A stretch of 58,521 nucleotides of DNA, counting the filler, from Bipalium vagum (Eukaryota): the NCBI GenBank assembly GCA_037834085.1. It is 3 parts of 3 records of this genome, joined end to end, with 100 filler letters (N's around TTAATTAATTAA, not from the genome) between each part and the next. Parts side by side here need not be neighbours in the genome. Positions count along the whole stretch, not along the records: positions 19,903 to 42,214 come from JBBMKC010223343.1; 2 more parts are not named here. One strand, 5' to 3'. Both the position numbers and the translations under genes were made by a program. Below are positions 28,201-41,329 of the stretch, one piece after another; the first letter of the stretch is position 1, and each line of letters opens with the position of its first letter. The notes beneath the pieces are model-generated. The model saw only the letters and a program-made list of their open reading frames with translations, had not been told where the DNA came from and searched no databases.

Positions 28201-31200
28201 TATACCATTCTTAGCTTTCTTCTAATCTCATTCAACTCGATGTCAATATTCACAAGTCCGATGTGAATGACGAAAAAATCAAAACATACTCATAAATGGG
28301 AATTGTTTCAAGATTTTTCAAAAATTACCGATTTGAAAATGACTGGGGATAACATAAATTATTGAAAAGAATTAAACATTATAGTAGACCATGTGGATTT
28401 TTTAAACTTTAATTTATATTTTAAATTACAAATAAGTAACAAATCAATCAATAAATTCAGCGAAAAAAGTTAATAATGTAAATCAATAATTTTAATTAAG
28501 TTAAAAGACATTATGTCATAAAAATGTGTTTAACTTATTTTGGTACTTAAAATGCCTGATGGGTTACTTTTTAAATATTCTTTTAACACTTTTGGTAATT
28601 TGTTATTTAACTGTAAGATCAGTTTTAGTGTTTTATTTTAAGATTAAGTTTATTAATTATAAATAAGATTGTAATGACGTTTTGAAAAACACATGTAAAA
28701 GAACAAAATGATCTGTCTCAGGGTCATAGATAGCTCTTGAAAGTTTACGGTGCAATAAAACTATTTTAATTTGGAAAATATTTTGCAACATTTTCATTAT
28801 TCTAGATTAAGGAATTTTAAAAAATTTAATTTGATTTTAAATTATAATTTTAAAAAATCCATAAATGCAACAGTTAAATCAAAATAGATTTCCAATTTTA
28901 CTTTTTTATAATACTCTAAAATCATAAAATAATGCCTACTTCTTTAATAAAACATCATCATCTTTAAGTAATTATTCAGAATATTCAAGAAATTATTAAA
29001 AATATAATATAAAAGTAAGATTTATTAACCATATGTATATATCATTCAAACTTTTTCTGAAAAGTCCGATTCAGAGTTAACAGTTAAGTATTGAATTCTA
29101 TCAGTTAAGAAAGATGACTTTTCAAGATAAGTTGCCCATAAGATTGGTTCATTAATAATAAAAACGTCTGGATAATCACCACAAAAGCTAAATTAAAACT
29201 TTTTTTTGTTTAGATCCCAGTCTAATAAATCCTATATTTCATCAAGTCATTTTCCCATTACCTCAAAAAAAGTGTTTGATCTTTCCAGAACTAATTACTT
29301 CCTTATCAAGAGAATTTATCCATTTATAAGAAATCATTTTTAAACGGTACTTTAAACATTTAAATCAGTAAGTATCATCATGATTTTTCCTTTTCCATAA
29401 AACATATGTTGCTTGATAGTGAAAGTTCTTAACATAACCTTATTTAACCATCATTTGAAGACTTTTCGATCGATCATGAAGTTGTTAGCCTTTTCCTAAT
29501 GCTTTTATTAATTTTATACTCGGATATAGCTTTAATTTTGTATGATTTTTTATATTTTATTTAAAAGGATAAAACAATAGTTCAATAAGTAAACATTTCA
29601 TATTTACATAATTTTTGATTATGGGCGTTTCTTAAAAATTTTCACAAATTAATAGTCTCTTAATAAAACCCCCACAGTCTATTTCTCATGCTGGAGAAAC
29701 GAAGACGCGTGAGACATCATTTCAAATTTTATGGTACTTTACCATACTTGGACTATGGTTTATTTTATTAAATTAATTTAAATTTTAAAAAAACTTATAA
29801 ATTAGACATTTAAATCAATTTTTTACCCCCACATTAAAAAAAAGAAATCTTTTAAGCAAGATACTGATTTCTGAAGTTTTTCTCAGGTTAAAAAATAGAC
29901 CTAGAACTACAGAACCTTTTTCTTTAGGTAGTTCTGTTCTATTTAAGAAAAAGGATAAAACTATCAAGATACTTGAGAAATATAGATATAAAGCAATATC
30001 ATCGATAGAAACAGTTTGAAAATGGATTAGAATTACAATTCAAAAGTTTAGATTTTAGCTTTAGTTAAATCTCGTCCAAATTGTCTTTCCGCTTTCGATA
30101 AAAACATGTTACAGGAATGTGGACTCATTTAAAAAATCATAATTCATCAGTTGATACGATGTCTTTATTCTTGATTATTTGAAGAATTTCGCTAGAATTT
30201 AGACAAAAAATCTCCACTTGAAATAAATGAAAATGTATCTTTCCTAATGTGGAATATTGCAGGGAATGAGAAATTGGTCCATTATATATAAGATTGACAA
30301 GAAAAGTATTTTTGACTAGGACAGATTTGGAAAATTCATTAATAGCATTAAAAAATTATCTTCACCGAAAAAGTTACTAAGTGGTGGGATTTTAGAGGAA
30401 AAACCATTGTAAATAGCTGCCGCGCAACCAGACTTTCAGTTCTGAAATGTATTCCTCTCAGTGAATAGATCTCATAGCCGTCATTGATTTCATGCGACCG
30501 GGATTGATCAAATGGAGGTTGTTGATATGTATTATAATAATGCAAAACGGCAAATTTCATTGATATTGTACACCAAGATGTTCAGTGGTGTGATTTTTGA
30601 TCCTTATGACGGTTTACCCGACATACTCACCTGAACTTGAGCCCTTAGCTGATAAGCATATATTTTGATTTTTAAAATACTCAAGCAGAAGAGAAGTTGA
30701 TTCATTGGAAAAGACTATATCTAGATGACTTTTTCGACCATAGGTCAAAAATTTTGTATCAGTTAAGAATTTTTCATTTGTCTGACAAATGACAAATTGT
30801 AATTGAAGTATTTACATTTTTAATACTTTTCTCTGGAAACATTTTTGTCAAAATCCCGAGGATCTTCCTGACGACCATGTATAACATTATTTAAACAAGA
30901 TATTTTGTTAAAATGAAAAAAATTAAGATAAATTTCCCTTTAACAAAAGTTTTTGAATTTCAAATGACACCGAAATTTTTAACAAACAAGACCAAATAAT
31001 TTTTCTTTTGTAAAATATTTACCAGAGAACAAACTCACCGAATAGTTTATCGGCGTCACATACATGGGATTTAAGCGTGACGTTTCCATGTGAGATCGAT
31101 TGTGACATGTGCTGGTGAGCATTGAACTGGTCGAAGACGATCCCGACGATTTTGTTCCATTGAGATTGATGACTGATGGTTGATCACACAGATTGGCAGA

Positions 31201-34200
31201 GAGCGGCGGTTGTTGAAGAGAAGAATTTCGTGTAAGAGAAATTAAATTTGTTGACAGCGTTGGATTGGACGATCGTGGATGGTTGAATGAATTTGTAGAT
31301 GTCGTCTGATTCGAATAATTACAGTGAAGCATGGTGGAATGATTTCCGGGTCCGATTTGGGCGATGTTTGGAAGATTTGGTCTATTGGTTGTCTGAATAT
31401 TGGGAGGCGGTGGCGGTGGAGGCGGCATACCGCCGTAATTTGATTTCCAGTCAATTCTGCGAGAATGGTCTTGTAAACTTCCAACTGAATTATAAAAATT
31501 ATTATCTTATCAATTGATATTTTTGAATTAATATAATATATATTTATTTATATTAAAATTTTATAATATTAATAAATCTATCCTGATCATTTGAAAAATA
31601 AAGGCAATTAGTACCTGCCTCTAGTTTTCAAGCACTATCATAATCATTTTTTCATTAAAACTTATGGCTTAAATCACTAAAAACTGAGTCGACAAAGATT
31701 CTTTATTATTGAAATGTTTATATCACTCTAAGAACTGGGAAATGAACAAAATAAATTATTTTTCTTTATAGCCTTTGCTCGGATTATTTTCACCTGGTAA
31801 CCACTAAAGATGTTATTTTTATGATATCGTAGCAATGTCGAGGTAATCATTTTGCTGCATTTCTTGAATTTCTTCATTGAAAATTGAATATTTGTTGATT
31901 GTAACTATTCTGATTTCTATTTTAACTGTGTGCGTGTGTCAGTATTTCAAAGTACACAATAAATTTGTTTCAACTTTATTTTTTATTTTTATTGATTGAC
32001 AACACTGTAGGAAATAAATTCTTTATTTTCAGATAAATAATAATTTCAATAAATTCGAAAATTGATCAAGCCTTCTTCAGCAAAAATTTATTTTGTTAAA
32101 CGATTTCCTATAAATTTATATTTAATCCTGAAAAGGCTGAGTTTAAATGCTTTTTTGTGCCAAAAACCGATAACAGTCAATTTTTTGTTAAGAAATAATT
32201 CCGTGATCTCTTTCAAAGAATCAACATTTGACTCTACTGAACCTTTCCTTTAACTTAAACTATTACTGTTTATAAATCCGCCTCATGTGTTTTTTACAAA
32301 TTTGGTCGGCTTTTATTAAAAATTATAAAAATTTTAAAATAATAATCATACTAATATTAATAATAAAATTTTAAAATTTATATATATTTATATGCACACA
32401 ATACATGCAGAAAACGGACAAGTAATAAAATAACGAAAACCAAACGACGATCACAAGACGGCTACACACACTGATAGACAGACAGACAGACCGACAAGAC
32501 TACTTTTTTCTGCTGTTCTACTGGACTTACTGGGATAATATGTAGAAGTGGAATGCGGTGAAGCGACATTGCTGTTGTTGTTGGAAACGACATGGTGGGG
32601 GCTATTATGCTGGGACAGTGCACCGTTAGGGGAATAAATGTAATTCGGCGTTGGCGGATAGTAGGACGGAGGAAATGAGACGGAATTGTGGCCCGGCTGT
32701 CTATAGGACGAGCTATATTGTCGTGAGTATGAGAAGCAAGGATACTGGACAGGCGGATGGTAATATTGACCGTTGTTGTTGCTGATATTTGGTGGTGTCA
32801 TATTTTTGTAGTCGCATGGCAACAGTTCCTGACCGGCAGAAAATTCGATTAGGGAACCATTATTGCTATAATGAGAGAACGACGAGGACGTTGTCATCGT
32901 TGTTGTTGTTGATGATAACGACGATGATGATGACATCGATGATGACGATGGTAGATAATCGATTTTAGTGGAACCGAGTTCAGATTTATCAGCTTCTTTA
33001 ACACTACCAACCGCCAAATTATCAGATTTTTTAATCACTTTTTCAGAATTGTTACACCGACCCCCACCTCCACCAACACAACTGCTGCCGCTGCTGCCAC
33101 CTCCTCCACCACCGCCACCACCAAAATTAGAAACATCCGGTTTAGAAACATCTTTCGAACTCATCTCAAAACTATCGGGAGCTGTTTAAAAAAAATTACC
33201 AAAACAAAAAAATCGTAAATTATTGAATTTTAAAATAAATAGAAATAAACAAATTTTCGAAACTCACCCGGTGGTTGAGATTGTTGGGACAGAATAGAAA
33301 TATTATTGCTGCTGATGCTGTTGGTGTTCTGAGTACACCCAGGAGATATTGATCTTTGGCTGGGATGCGTTGAACAACAACTGGAATTTGAATTCGAGCT
33401 CGAACCGGGATTGTGAGGCCACTGGTGCTGCTGTTGCTGTTGATTCATTGGTGATATTGATTTATTCCAATTTTGTGGAATATTTGTCGCAGTCTCAAAC
33501 CGGGCATGGGGATGCATCGAATTCACTGGAGGAGGAGAACTGAAACCCATCATCCTCGGTCCTGTCGCACCATACGGACCACCACCACCGCCGCCGGGAA
33601 AGGGATTGTGGGCCCGTTGTTGTCCTTGGTAATGATGCATTTGGCCTCTTTGAATTATCTGTCCATTGTGAATGGCACTGTGGTGCTGGTGCGGATGCTG
33701 CTGCTGGGGATGGTTGTGTGGGTGATGTGGGTGAGGGTGATTGTAAGGACTATGCCCGTGGAACAGGTTCGGAGTATTGAAATCGGGATGTGGAGGGGGC
33801 CTGGGTGTTGATGACGTGCTGCTGCTGTATTCGGAATTGTGATGCGACGATATTGTAGAGGTCGGAGAGGACCCAGCGTTTCGGGAAGTGCTTTTCTTTT
33901 TCTTGTCTGACAAGCTTTGTATTTCTTGCAAAATCGGTCCTGGGTCGATGCCGTTGCGATCAAATTTGCACTCGTAATCCAAAAGACACTTGATATAATT
34001 TCTTCGCAAGGTGTAAGCTCCCGATGCCGAAGCATTGACATTCACGATCAGACATATTTCTTTCCAACGTTTCGTTTTCACGACGTTCAACAGACCCCCG
34101 CGCTCGCGAACTGCGTGATACAATCGAAACAGATCCAGAGGTTGCTTGACAACAGTTGGCACAGCGCTTAACGGTGTGTTGTTTTCATCCATGAAACGTA

Positions 34201-37200
34201 AGTATCTCTCGATCCACGGTTCTCGGTCGGGTTCGTTTCCCAGCTCCATCAGTTTTTGAAAACAATTACTGTTGGACTGAGACTCGCTGTTTTGGTGATA
34301 TTGACGATGTGGTGGGATTGTGTTCGGATTGACGTTAAAAGATTTGGGAGACTGTGGAGGCAAATGGGTGGAGAAAGAGTTCATCATACTGTGAGGAGGA
34401 CCTTGGTTGCCTGGATACGATTGTGGATAGACCATTGAGTGAGGCTGAGACATTTGTGGCGTAACTGGATATTGACTCAGGTGAGTTTGATTTGGAATCG
34501 AATTGTGATTCATAACGTTACTTTCACTGGGACCCAAGCTACTGACACTGTCCTCATTTTCATCGATCATAGAACTCATGCTTGTCTGTGACGGGGACGG
34601 GATTGTGTTACTCACAGGCGTTGGAGGATGACTTTCGTTCTGAAAACAAATAATTATCGATATTTGATATAAATAGTTATCAATATTTAAATCAATAACT
34701 CAATAAAAATATTAATTAGATAAATTTCTTCTCAATTATCCGAAAGCATAATGTTATTATAATAAAAAAACTTTAAATTAAGTTTTATTATGTCAATGTA
34801 ATCCAAAGATTAATTTGATTAAACATTTCCCTCTTAAAAACCCCATGTTTTAATATTGAAAAAAATTATAAATATTTTACGGGAGGTAAATATGAGAAAT
34901 GTGTCCAATATTAAAAAGGTTTTCTGAAAAAATTTTAATTGACATGTTATTTCACTGAAGTTACAACACAGCACAATGTCAATTAAACACATTTGGTATT
35001 CTAGAATTATTGTCAAAAATAAAACTCAACTATTTTATATTGTTAAAGAAGACTGAAAATAATTTATTTTATTTAATCTTCTAAAAACTTAATTTTAAAC
35101 AATTTAATAAATCGATCAAGTTATTGATTAATTAATAATTAAATCAATTCAAATTTTTATTTCTCTTATAATAGTACTAAATTATTTTTAACCTATAAAT
35201 TTGGTGATTAATAAGTAAATCATTTTTTTATTTCTGCCTTTTTTTATTTTTTTATTTATTTATTATTATTATTATTTTGTCGAAAATTTTCTATTTTAAA
35301 ACATTCTCACAGACATTTCTGGGAATTGTTAAAAATATCAGTGTCTTATCAATCAAAAGTAATTCGAAATATTTCAACACTGAATAAAAATATTCAAAAA
35401 AATTAATTTCGCATTAACTTAATATTTTGTATTGTATATTTTTCAGAAATATGAAAACGTCAATGGATCGATAAAACACTTATATTGTTGAAATCTTTTT
35501 CAATCAATACAACCAAAAACAGAAAATTATTTCCGTTGAGAAAATTTTTTCCAGATTTCATCATCTACACAGATTTAAATTTAATCGAACCAAAGACTAA
35601 ACTGAAATTGAATATTTTTGAAAAAAAAAATTAGAATAAAAAAGAATTTGATATTTATTTTTAATTATTCGATATTTAATCAATAATTTTCTCCCTCCAC
35701 TTTAATTCTTACAAGTTTCGATGTTGCACAATAATGGTAGGAGATATATTCAGAAATATTGTTTTACACTATTCTTATGATAATTTAATTGATCGATAAT
35801 TTCTTAAAGAATTGTTTACAAAATTTTTAAATTAAATTTTAACACAATTAATTTTTTTCCGATAATTAAATCGATAAATAATTAAAATTTAAATACGAAA
35901 ATCGATTATGTAAAACTTGATTTTCTCTCAGACTTTTTTATGATTTCTACTGAATTTATCGATTGCTTTTATTTGAACTTAGATGGAAATAGAATTATAA
36001 GATTTTATTTTTTGTCAAATAGAATCGAACTCGCACAGGAAAACGAATAGAGGTAGAAGATATGTGCTCGAAATACTTTCTAGAAATCGATTTTAAAACG
36101 GTGAATTATAATTTGAATAAAAAATTAAAAATAAATTATTCCTCCCTCTTTTAAATCAATATTTATTCAAATGTGTCGATCAATATTTGAATTCAAATAT
36201 GATAATAATAAGTCAGTTCACTAAAAGTCAGACAATGAACAATCGAGTTAAAAATATTTCCAAATAAATTTCAATTTTTTGTCCTGAACCGTCGCGACAG
36301 AGAAGGAAAAGCAAGCTGGCTATATTTAGACAAGTAGTAAAAATTGAGGTGGCTTATTTAGCTTCCAATGATAAACAAGTGAATAATGTAGATTTATTGA
36401 TTTTTATTATATAATATTAGTGATTCCAATTTAAAAATTTTGGTGGTGAAAGGGTTTTAAAAATCTAATTTCTGGTTTTTCGAAATTTCAATTTTTTAAG
36501 ACCATGTGTAAAAAAATTATTTTAATTAATCAATACTTAAACTAATAATTATTATTTAACGATTTTTTATTACCTTCTGAGTGGATTTCAATTTTGAAAC
36601 AGATGCTGAACGTGCGTTCACTGATTTGTTTGAATTGCTGCCGACACTGGACGTATCCTGGTTGATATTGGCTTCTTCTTCGTTAATTATAATGGTTAAT
36701 TATAAATAATGATTATGAAAAACCGTAATAAAATAATAAAATTATTGATAATTATTAATCAATAATAATTTATTTTTATCATTATAATAATAAATAAAAA
36801 TAATTTGATATCGATTACCACGTTACCTTTCCTGTCCGAAATTTCTTTCAGGGCTCTACTACTGTTCGGATGACGTGAACCCATAGATCCGTTCATGTAC
36901 ACATCGGGATTGGTACTAAATGAAGGATGTGAAGTTCCTCTTGGCACAAATGGACTGTGAACATTGAAGGATCGGCTTTGGTGCATCAGAACCGGTGGAC
37001 CACCCGGATACGTCCCATAACCCGGTCCCGGACTCGATGTTTGACTGTAATTTGGATAGTTCATCATTGGAGATCGGTTTACGTTACTGGGCATCATCGT
37101 GTTGTTTTGATTGATAAAATTGTGAACATTGGAGGACGACGAATTGTAGCGAAACTGTGACGGATGATTGTAATACGATGGATTTGGATGTTGCATCATC

Positions 37201-38234
37201 ATGGGATTGTAATTGGAGCTGTCATATCCCAACGATTGTGACAGTTGTTGTTGTTGTTGCTTCATTTGAGCTGAATTAAAGAGAGTTATTATCAAACTAT
37301 GCCCAGAATATGTCTGTTACATTGTTGATTGATTTTATTTTCATACACATTGTTATTAGATGGATTGTTTATGTCAGTTTTGTCTGTCAAATCTGCTGAA
37401 GTATTTAAATGAAAATTTGAATTAGCACTAGAATCTGGTTTCAATTCTATGGATTCTACTGAATTCAATTTGTCAGGCTTTATCTAAAAATTATAAAAGA
37501 AAATCGCAATGATATACGAATAAAATATGAAATAATTATAATGAAGTAAACAGTTTTAAATTTGAACTTTATTTAAACAAAAGCGAAAACTAATAATTAT
37601 TACTTCATCGTTTTTTATGGTATTATCGCTGTCATTTGAATCTAAAATATTGACCATTTCATTTTTAAATTTCCAATCAGGCATGTTTAATTTTGGTTTA
37701 TGGTCTTTTTGGTTTAGTTGATAATTTCTGTTTTCAAATTTATGCTTAGCATTGACTGGAAATTCACTAGTCATTTTATAATCAGAGCATTTCATTTTAT
37801 CAACTTTGGTTATATTATTTGGATTTGGTGGATAAATTTCATGATATTGTGAATAATACATCCGCTAAATAAATAAACTCATTACTCATTTCCATGTTAT
37901 CAAATGGGATACTTACGACAGACTCGCTCGGAGATCTCGATAAATTCCAATTAGTAGTATCATAATTTCGATAATTCCCATGATAATTCGTCGAAGCAAA
38001 AGGTCGTAAAGGTAAATTTGAATAAGGTCCATATTGATTGTTTTGCAACAGTTGATTAAGACATGACGATGGATTTTGATATTGATAACCTTGCTTTTCG
38101 TCATAATGACTGTAACTAGCAGGTGACAGTACTCCATGTTCAAGTGAATTTTCACTGATGTGGTGAACACTTTCCGATAGCATGCGATTTGGAGATTGCA
38201 AATTTGTTGTGGATCCAGAATTGGTATAATCCAT
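25234..38234 (-). CDS. ARID1: ARID1A/B (Osa/BAF250) SWI/SNF subunit
   Basis: Ten phase-consistent exons: 38234-37917, 37864-37604, 37483-37321, 37270-36827, 36677-36574, 34639-33268, 33181-32492, 31484-31039, 27841-27730, 27677-25234 (~2117 aa). ARID domain (EPDREPWIERYLRFM…PLDLFRLYHAVRERGG…WKEI…SGAYTLRRNY) and BAF250_C motifs (FPSDSVEATQP, MALKSGLVAEVSWAL, RCICVSNAIRNLSF, PELMGTS). Confidence 0.95.
30540..30680 (-). mobile_element. Possible Penelope-like GIY-YIG endonuclease remnant in ARID1 intron
   Basis: Reads GEYVG*TVIRIKNHTTEHLGV, resembling the PLE motif YVGxTxRxxxxRxxEHLG; short and interrupted. Confidence 0.4.
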
Positions 38235-38978
38235 TTACAAAAATTGTTCCAACTGATTTTTTCAACTGTTTAATATATATATGTATATATGTATGTAAAT
38301 CGTTAATGCAAAAAATACTGAAAAAGAATTTTAATATTATTATTGAAACCAGAGCTTCTAAATTACGGGGGAAAAACAGACAATAATTTAGAAGCCCGTA
38401 GTAGTAAAACTCAGCTCCGTACGCATGTTATTAAATAGCAAAGGATAACGTTGTTCTGAATGCAATTTCTAAAATAGGTACACAACTATTTCTAAAAATC
38501 CAATAGACAATTATAAACCTTGAAATAACGATGACTTGAGATATTTTGCTGAATAAATTTCCTTGCTACGTAACTTAAAACGGGGAATTTCGATAAATTT
38601 GCAAACACAGAGATTTTTGAAAATCGTTTTTAAATAACAAAAAATTATCTTTCCACATATGTGAATGGAGAAAAATCATAAAAATTATTATTTGAAACTA
38701 TATAGTGCAACTTAGAAATTCAAAGAAGCTTGCAAAATCTGAAGCGCAATGTCGCTTCAATAATGATTTATCGACTGTTACTTTGTCACCGTTCCATTAG
38801 CGATTGGCATTTGAAAACGGCGATTTTTCGCTACAAAATCGCCCGTTTCAATTGTTGTGACATGGCCATGTCAATTACAACATATTGATGGATTTTTCGT
38901 TGATTTTACCGATGAAAATTCGTTTAATTTTCAAATAATGAGCTTTTTATTGGAGAAATATTACGAAATCAAATTAAG

Positions 38979-39219
38979 CTACTTAGCATTGCAGTTGTTC
39001 GTGCGACAACACACTAAATCTACTGTCGCCTGCTGAATTTTTTCAAGCGAACGCTCATGATTCTCGCGTCCGTTCTCGTGCTACCTTTCCGGGCTGCAGT
39101 TCGCAGGACCCATTCGCAAGTCCCAGGTCTTCTTTCATGTCATAATCTTTTGTTCGCATTACCATTATGACACAATTTCCATTTAGATTCCAGATAATTG
39201 GAAAATCGCTGCTAGTTAT
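38979..39219 (-). CDS. Cryptic two-exon fragment of a Ly6/uPAR (three-finger)-like cysteine-rich protein; 5' end not found, possibly a pseudogene
   Basis: Exon 39219-39085, a 52-nt GT-AG intron, then exon 39032-38979 give ITSSDFPIIWNLNGNCVIMVMRTKDYDMKEDLGLANGSCELQPGKQATVDLVCCRTNNCNAK*, ending in CCxxxxCN. Confidence 0.45.
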
Positions 39220-39354
39220 CTTTTACGAAAAATACTCATTCTCTTCAGTCGTAATTATTATCTATAATTTTTATATATTATCAAAACTACACGGGGAATT
39301 CTGAAATTGAATATAGCTGATAGGCGTTGCTTAAAATAATATCCAAGAGCCAAT

Positions 39355-40000
39355 GAGAAATTTGCAGTTTTTGATTAGCTTTTTAAAATAAATTTATCAA
39401 TAAAATCAATCACAAAATCATTTTCAATTTTAATTAATAAAACGAAAACAACAATTTGGTTTATTTCAATACAATTTTATGTGAGAAAATGTTTTCTGTC
39501 CTCAAAACAACTTCGGTAATGGGATCACGGTAATCATGGGTATGAAGTTTGAGTGTTCAACCAGGTCAGTATTGAGGTTTATCCTTATCCCTTTGAAAAC
39601 ATGTAAATAGATAAACCTCGCTGTGTTTAGTGTTCGTAATTGTCTCTGTGCAACACCAATCGGATCTTTTAGAATGTCAATCTTAAATGGATTTTAGAAA
39701 TTGAAAAAATCGTAAATAAAACAAGTTTGGACAATAAATAAACTTTCTGGACGCCAAATTAACGAGAAAAGGTAACTGTCAAGCCAATTATCTTTCGAAT
39801 TTGGTTGAGCATAAATGATTGGCAGTGGTTAAAAATTCACTTTCGACAATCACAAAATATAACCGACATTCCAAATCGTTAAAACACAGATCCGATGTGA
39901 ATTTGTGCTCCTCTTAAATTGGACAGGACCTTGTTGACTGGATAAAATATCGTCGGTGATTAGAAACGAATCAAATTTTCCTTCATCTCTTTTGGAAAAT
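39355..40000 (-). pseudogene. Decayed tandem copy of the 3' half of PUS1 including downstream flank
   Basis: Collinear matches to 40030-40850 (gggatcacggtaatcat, tatgaagt, tgtcaagccaat, gagcat.aatgattg, ccgatgtgaa, gacaggac, aacgaatcaaatt) with many indels and no ORF. Confidence 0.9.
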
Positions 40001-40171
40001 ATTTTTTTAAATATTACCCAATAGTCTATTAGAAAATTTTTTACATTTTTATTAGATTTTTAAAAAAAAATTAGTCAATAAAAAATCACCCATAAATTAT
40101 TTTGATTTTAATTAAGTCAGAGAACCAAATAAGTAAAATTTATTTCAAGACAAATTCGTTGGATAAAATGT

Positions 40172-41326
40172 TTATTTTCCCTCAACAACTTCGGCTTTGG
40201 GATCACGGTAATCATAAGTATGAAGTCCTAGAGTATTTAACCAGACTAGCATAGACTTTTCCTCGTTCTCCGTCTTGAAAATATGTGAATAGACAAATCT
40301 CTCTCGAAATTCTTCAATTTGACTTTGATACAGAGTCCAATCGATCGGCTTGCGTTCAGCGTTGGCATATTTTTGATTGTAAGAATCGTAATTGACTCTA
40401 TCCAGCACCAGTCCGAGACCGGGAGCTTTTGGGATGTCGACCTAGAATCGATTCGAATTCAAAGTAAATTTTATATGAAAAATGTTAATTTATATTACTT
40501 TTGATAAAGTGAAAACTTTTTGGAAAATATCATCATCACAATATCCACGGACAACAGCCATTGTCAAGCCAATCATTTTTCGGATTTGATGGAGCATGAA
40601 TGATTGACCATTGATGACAATTGTCACGTATTCGCTTTCACCGATTAAAAAGGCCGGCTCACAAGAAAGACTGATCAAAAATCGTCGACAACTGGAATCG
40701 TTCGGCAAACGACCCGATGTGAAGTTATGGAAGTTGTGTGTTCCTTTAAAATTTGACAGGACTTTATTGATTTTATTAAAAATATCATCGGTCAGTCGGA
40801 ACGAATCAAATTCGCTTTCTTTCAACTCTTTAGGAGAAAATGCAAAACTTGGTGTTATGTAGCGATACGTTCGGTATTTACACAGGCCTTTGGCGTGGAA
40901 ACTTTTGGTTGTTCGGAAAACGTCCAAAATACGGATGTGGGACGGCAATTTTTCGTTCAATAGCTTTACGACATTATCACATTGAGGCAATTTGACGGAG
41001 CACACCTGTCCGATAGCTGATACGTTTTTGTCGGTTTTCGATGCTCTTTGAAAGCGCATTTTAGAAGGCTTCTTGAAATTTTCCTCATCAATGATTCCAG
41101 CGTCCAACATAGCTTGCAAAATGTCGCCTTCAATAGTCTGAAAGCCCTCATTACGTTGCATACCAAAATATCCAACTCCGGAATACATCATCATCATGGC
41201 GCACATCCGTTTTTTATGATTTGCGTCAGTTTTAGGTATTTTCGATTCAATTTTTTCTACATTTTCATCGGCTTTTCTTTTCAAAATATTATTTTCACAA
41301 ATTGGGCTGTTTTTCATTTCTGGCAT
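40172..41326 (-). CDS. PUS1: tRNA pseudouridine synthase 1 (TruA family)
   Basis: Exon 41326-40499, a 57-nt intron, then exon 40441-40172. Motifs YSGVGYFGMQRN, RASKTDKNVSA (catalytic Asp), GTHNFHNFT, GQSFMLHQIRKMIG, IPKAPGLGL. Confidence 0.95.
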
Positions 41327-41329
41327 TCT

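Noticed and set aside
30704-30740. HWKRLYLDDFF on the plus strand as an RT YxDD motif
   Set aside because: Isolated, on the opposite strand to the GIY-YIG-like remnant, and with no other RT motifs around it.
32968-34438. Several antisense or alternate-frame ORFs over ARID1 (e.g. 33473+, 33655-, 33917+)
   Set aside because: Expected shadows of GC-richer, low-complexity coding sequence; no independent motifs.
39000-39175. RNase P/MRP- or SRP-like structured RNA on the minus strand (TGTCATAAT/ATTATGACA arms, GAGAA and TTGAAA motifs)
   Set aside because: No CR-V/P4 partner strand or SRP helix-8 motif found. The spliced CCxxxxCN reading explains the GC island better; an Infernal search would settle it.
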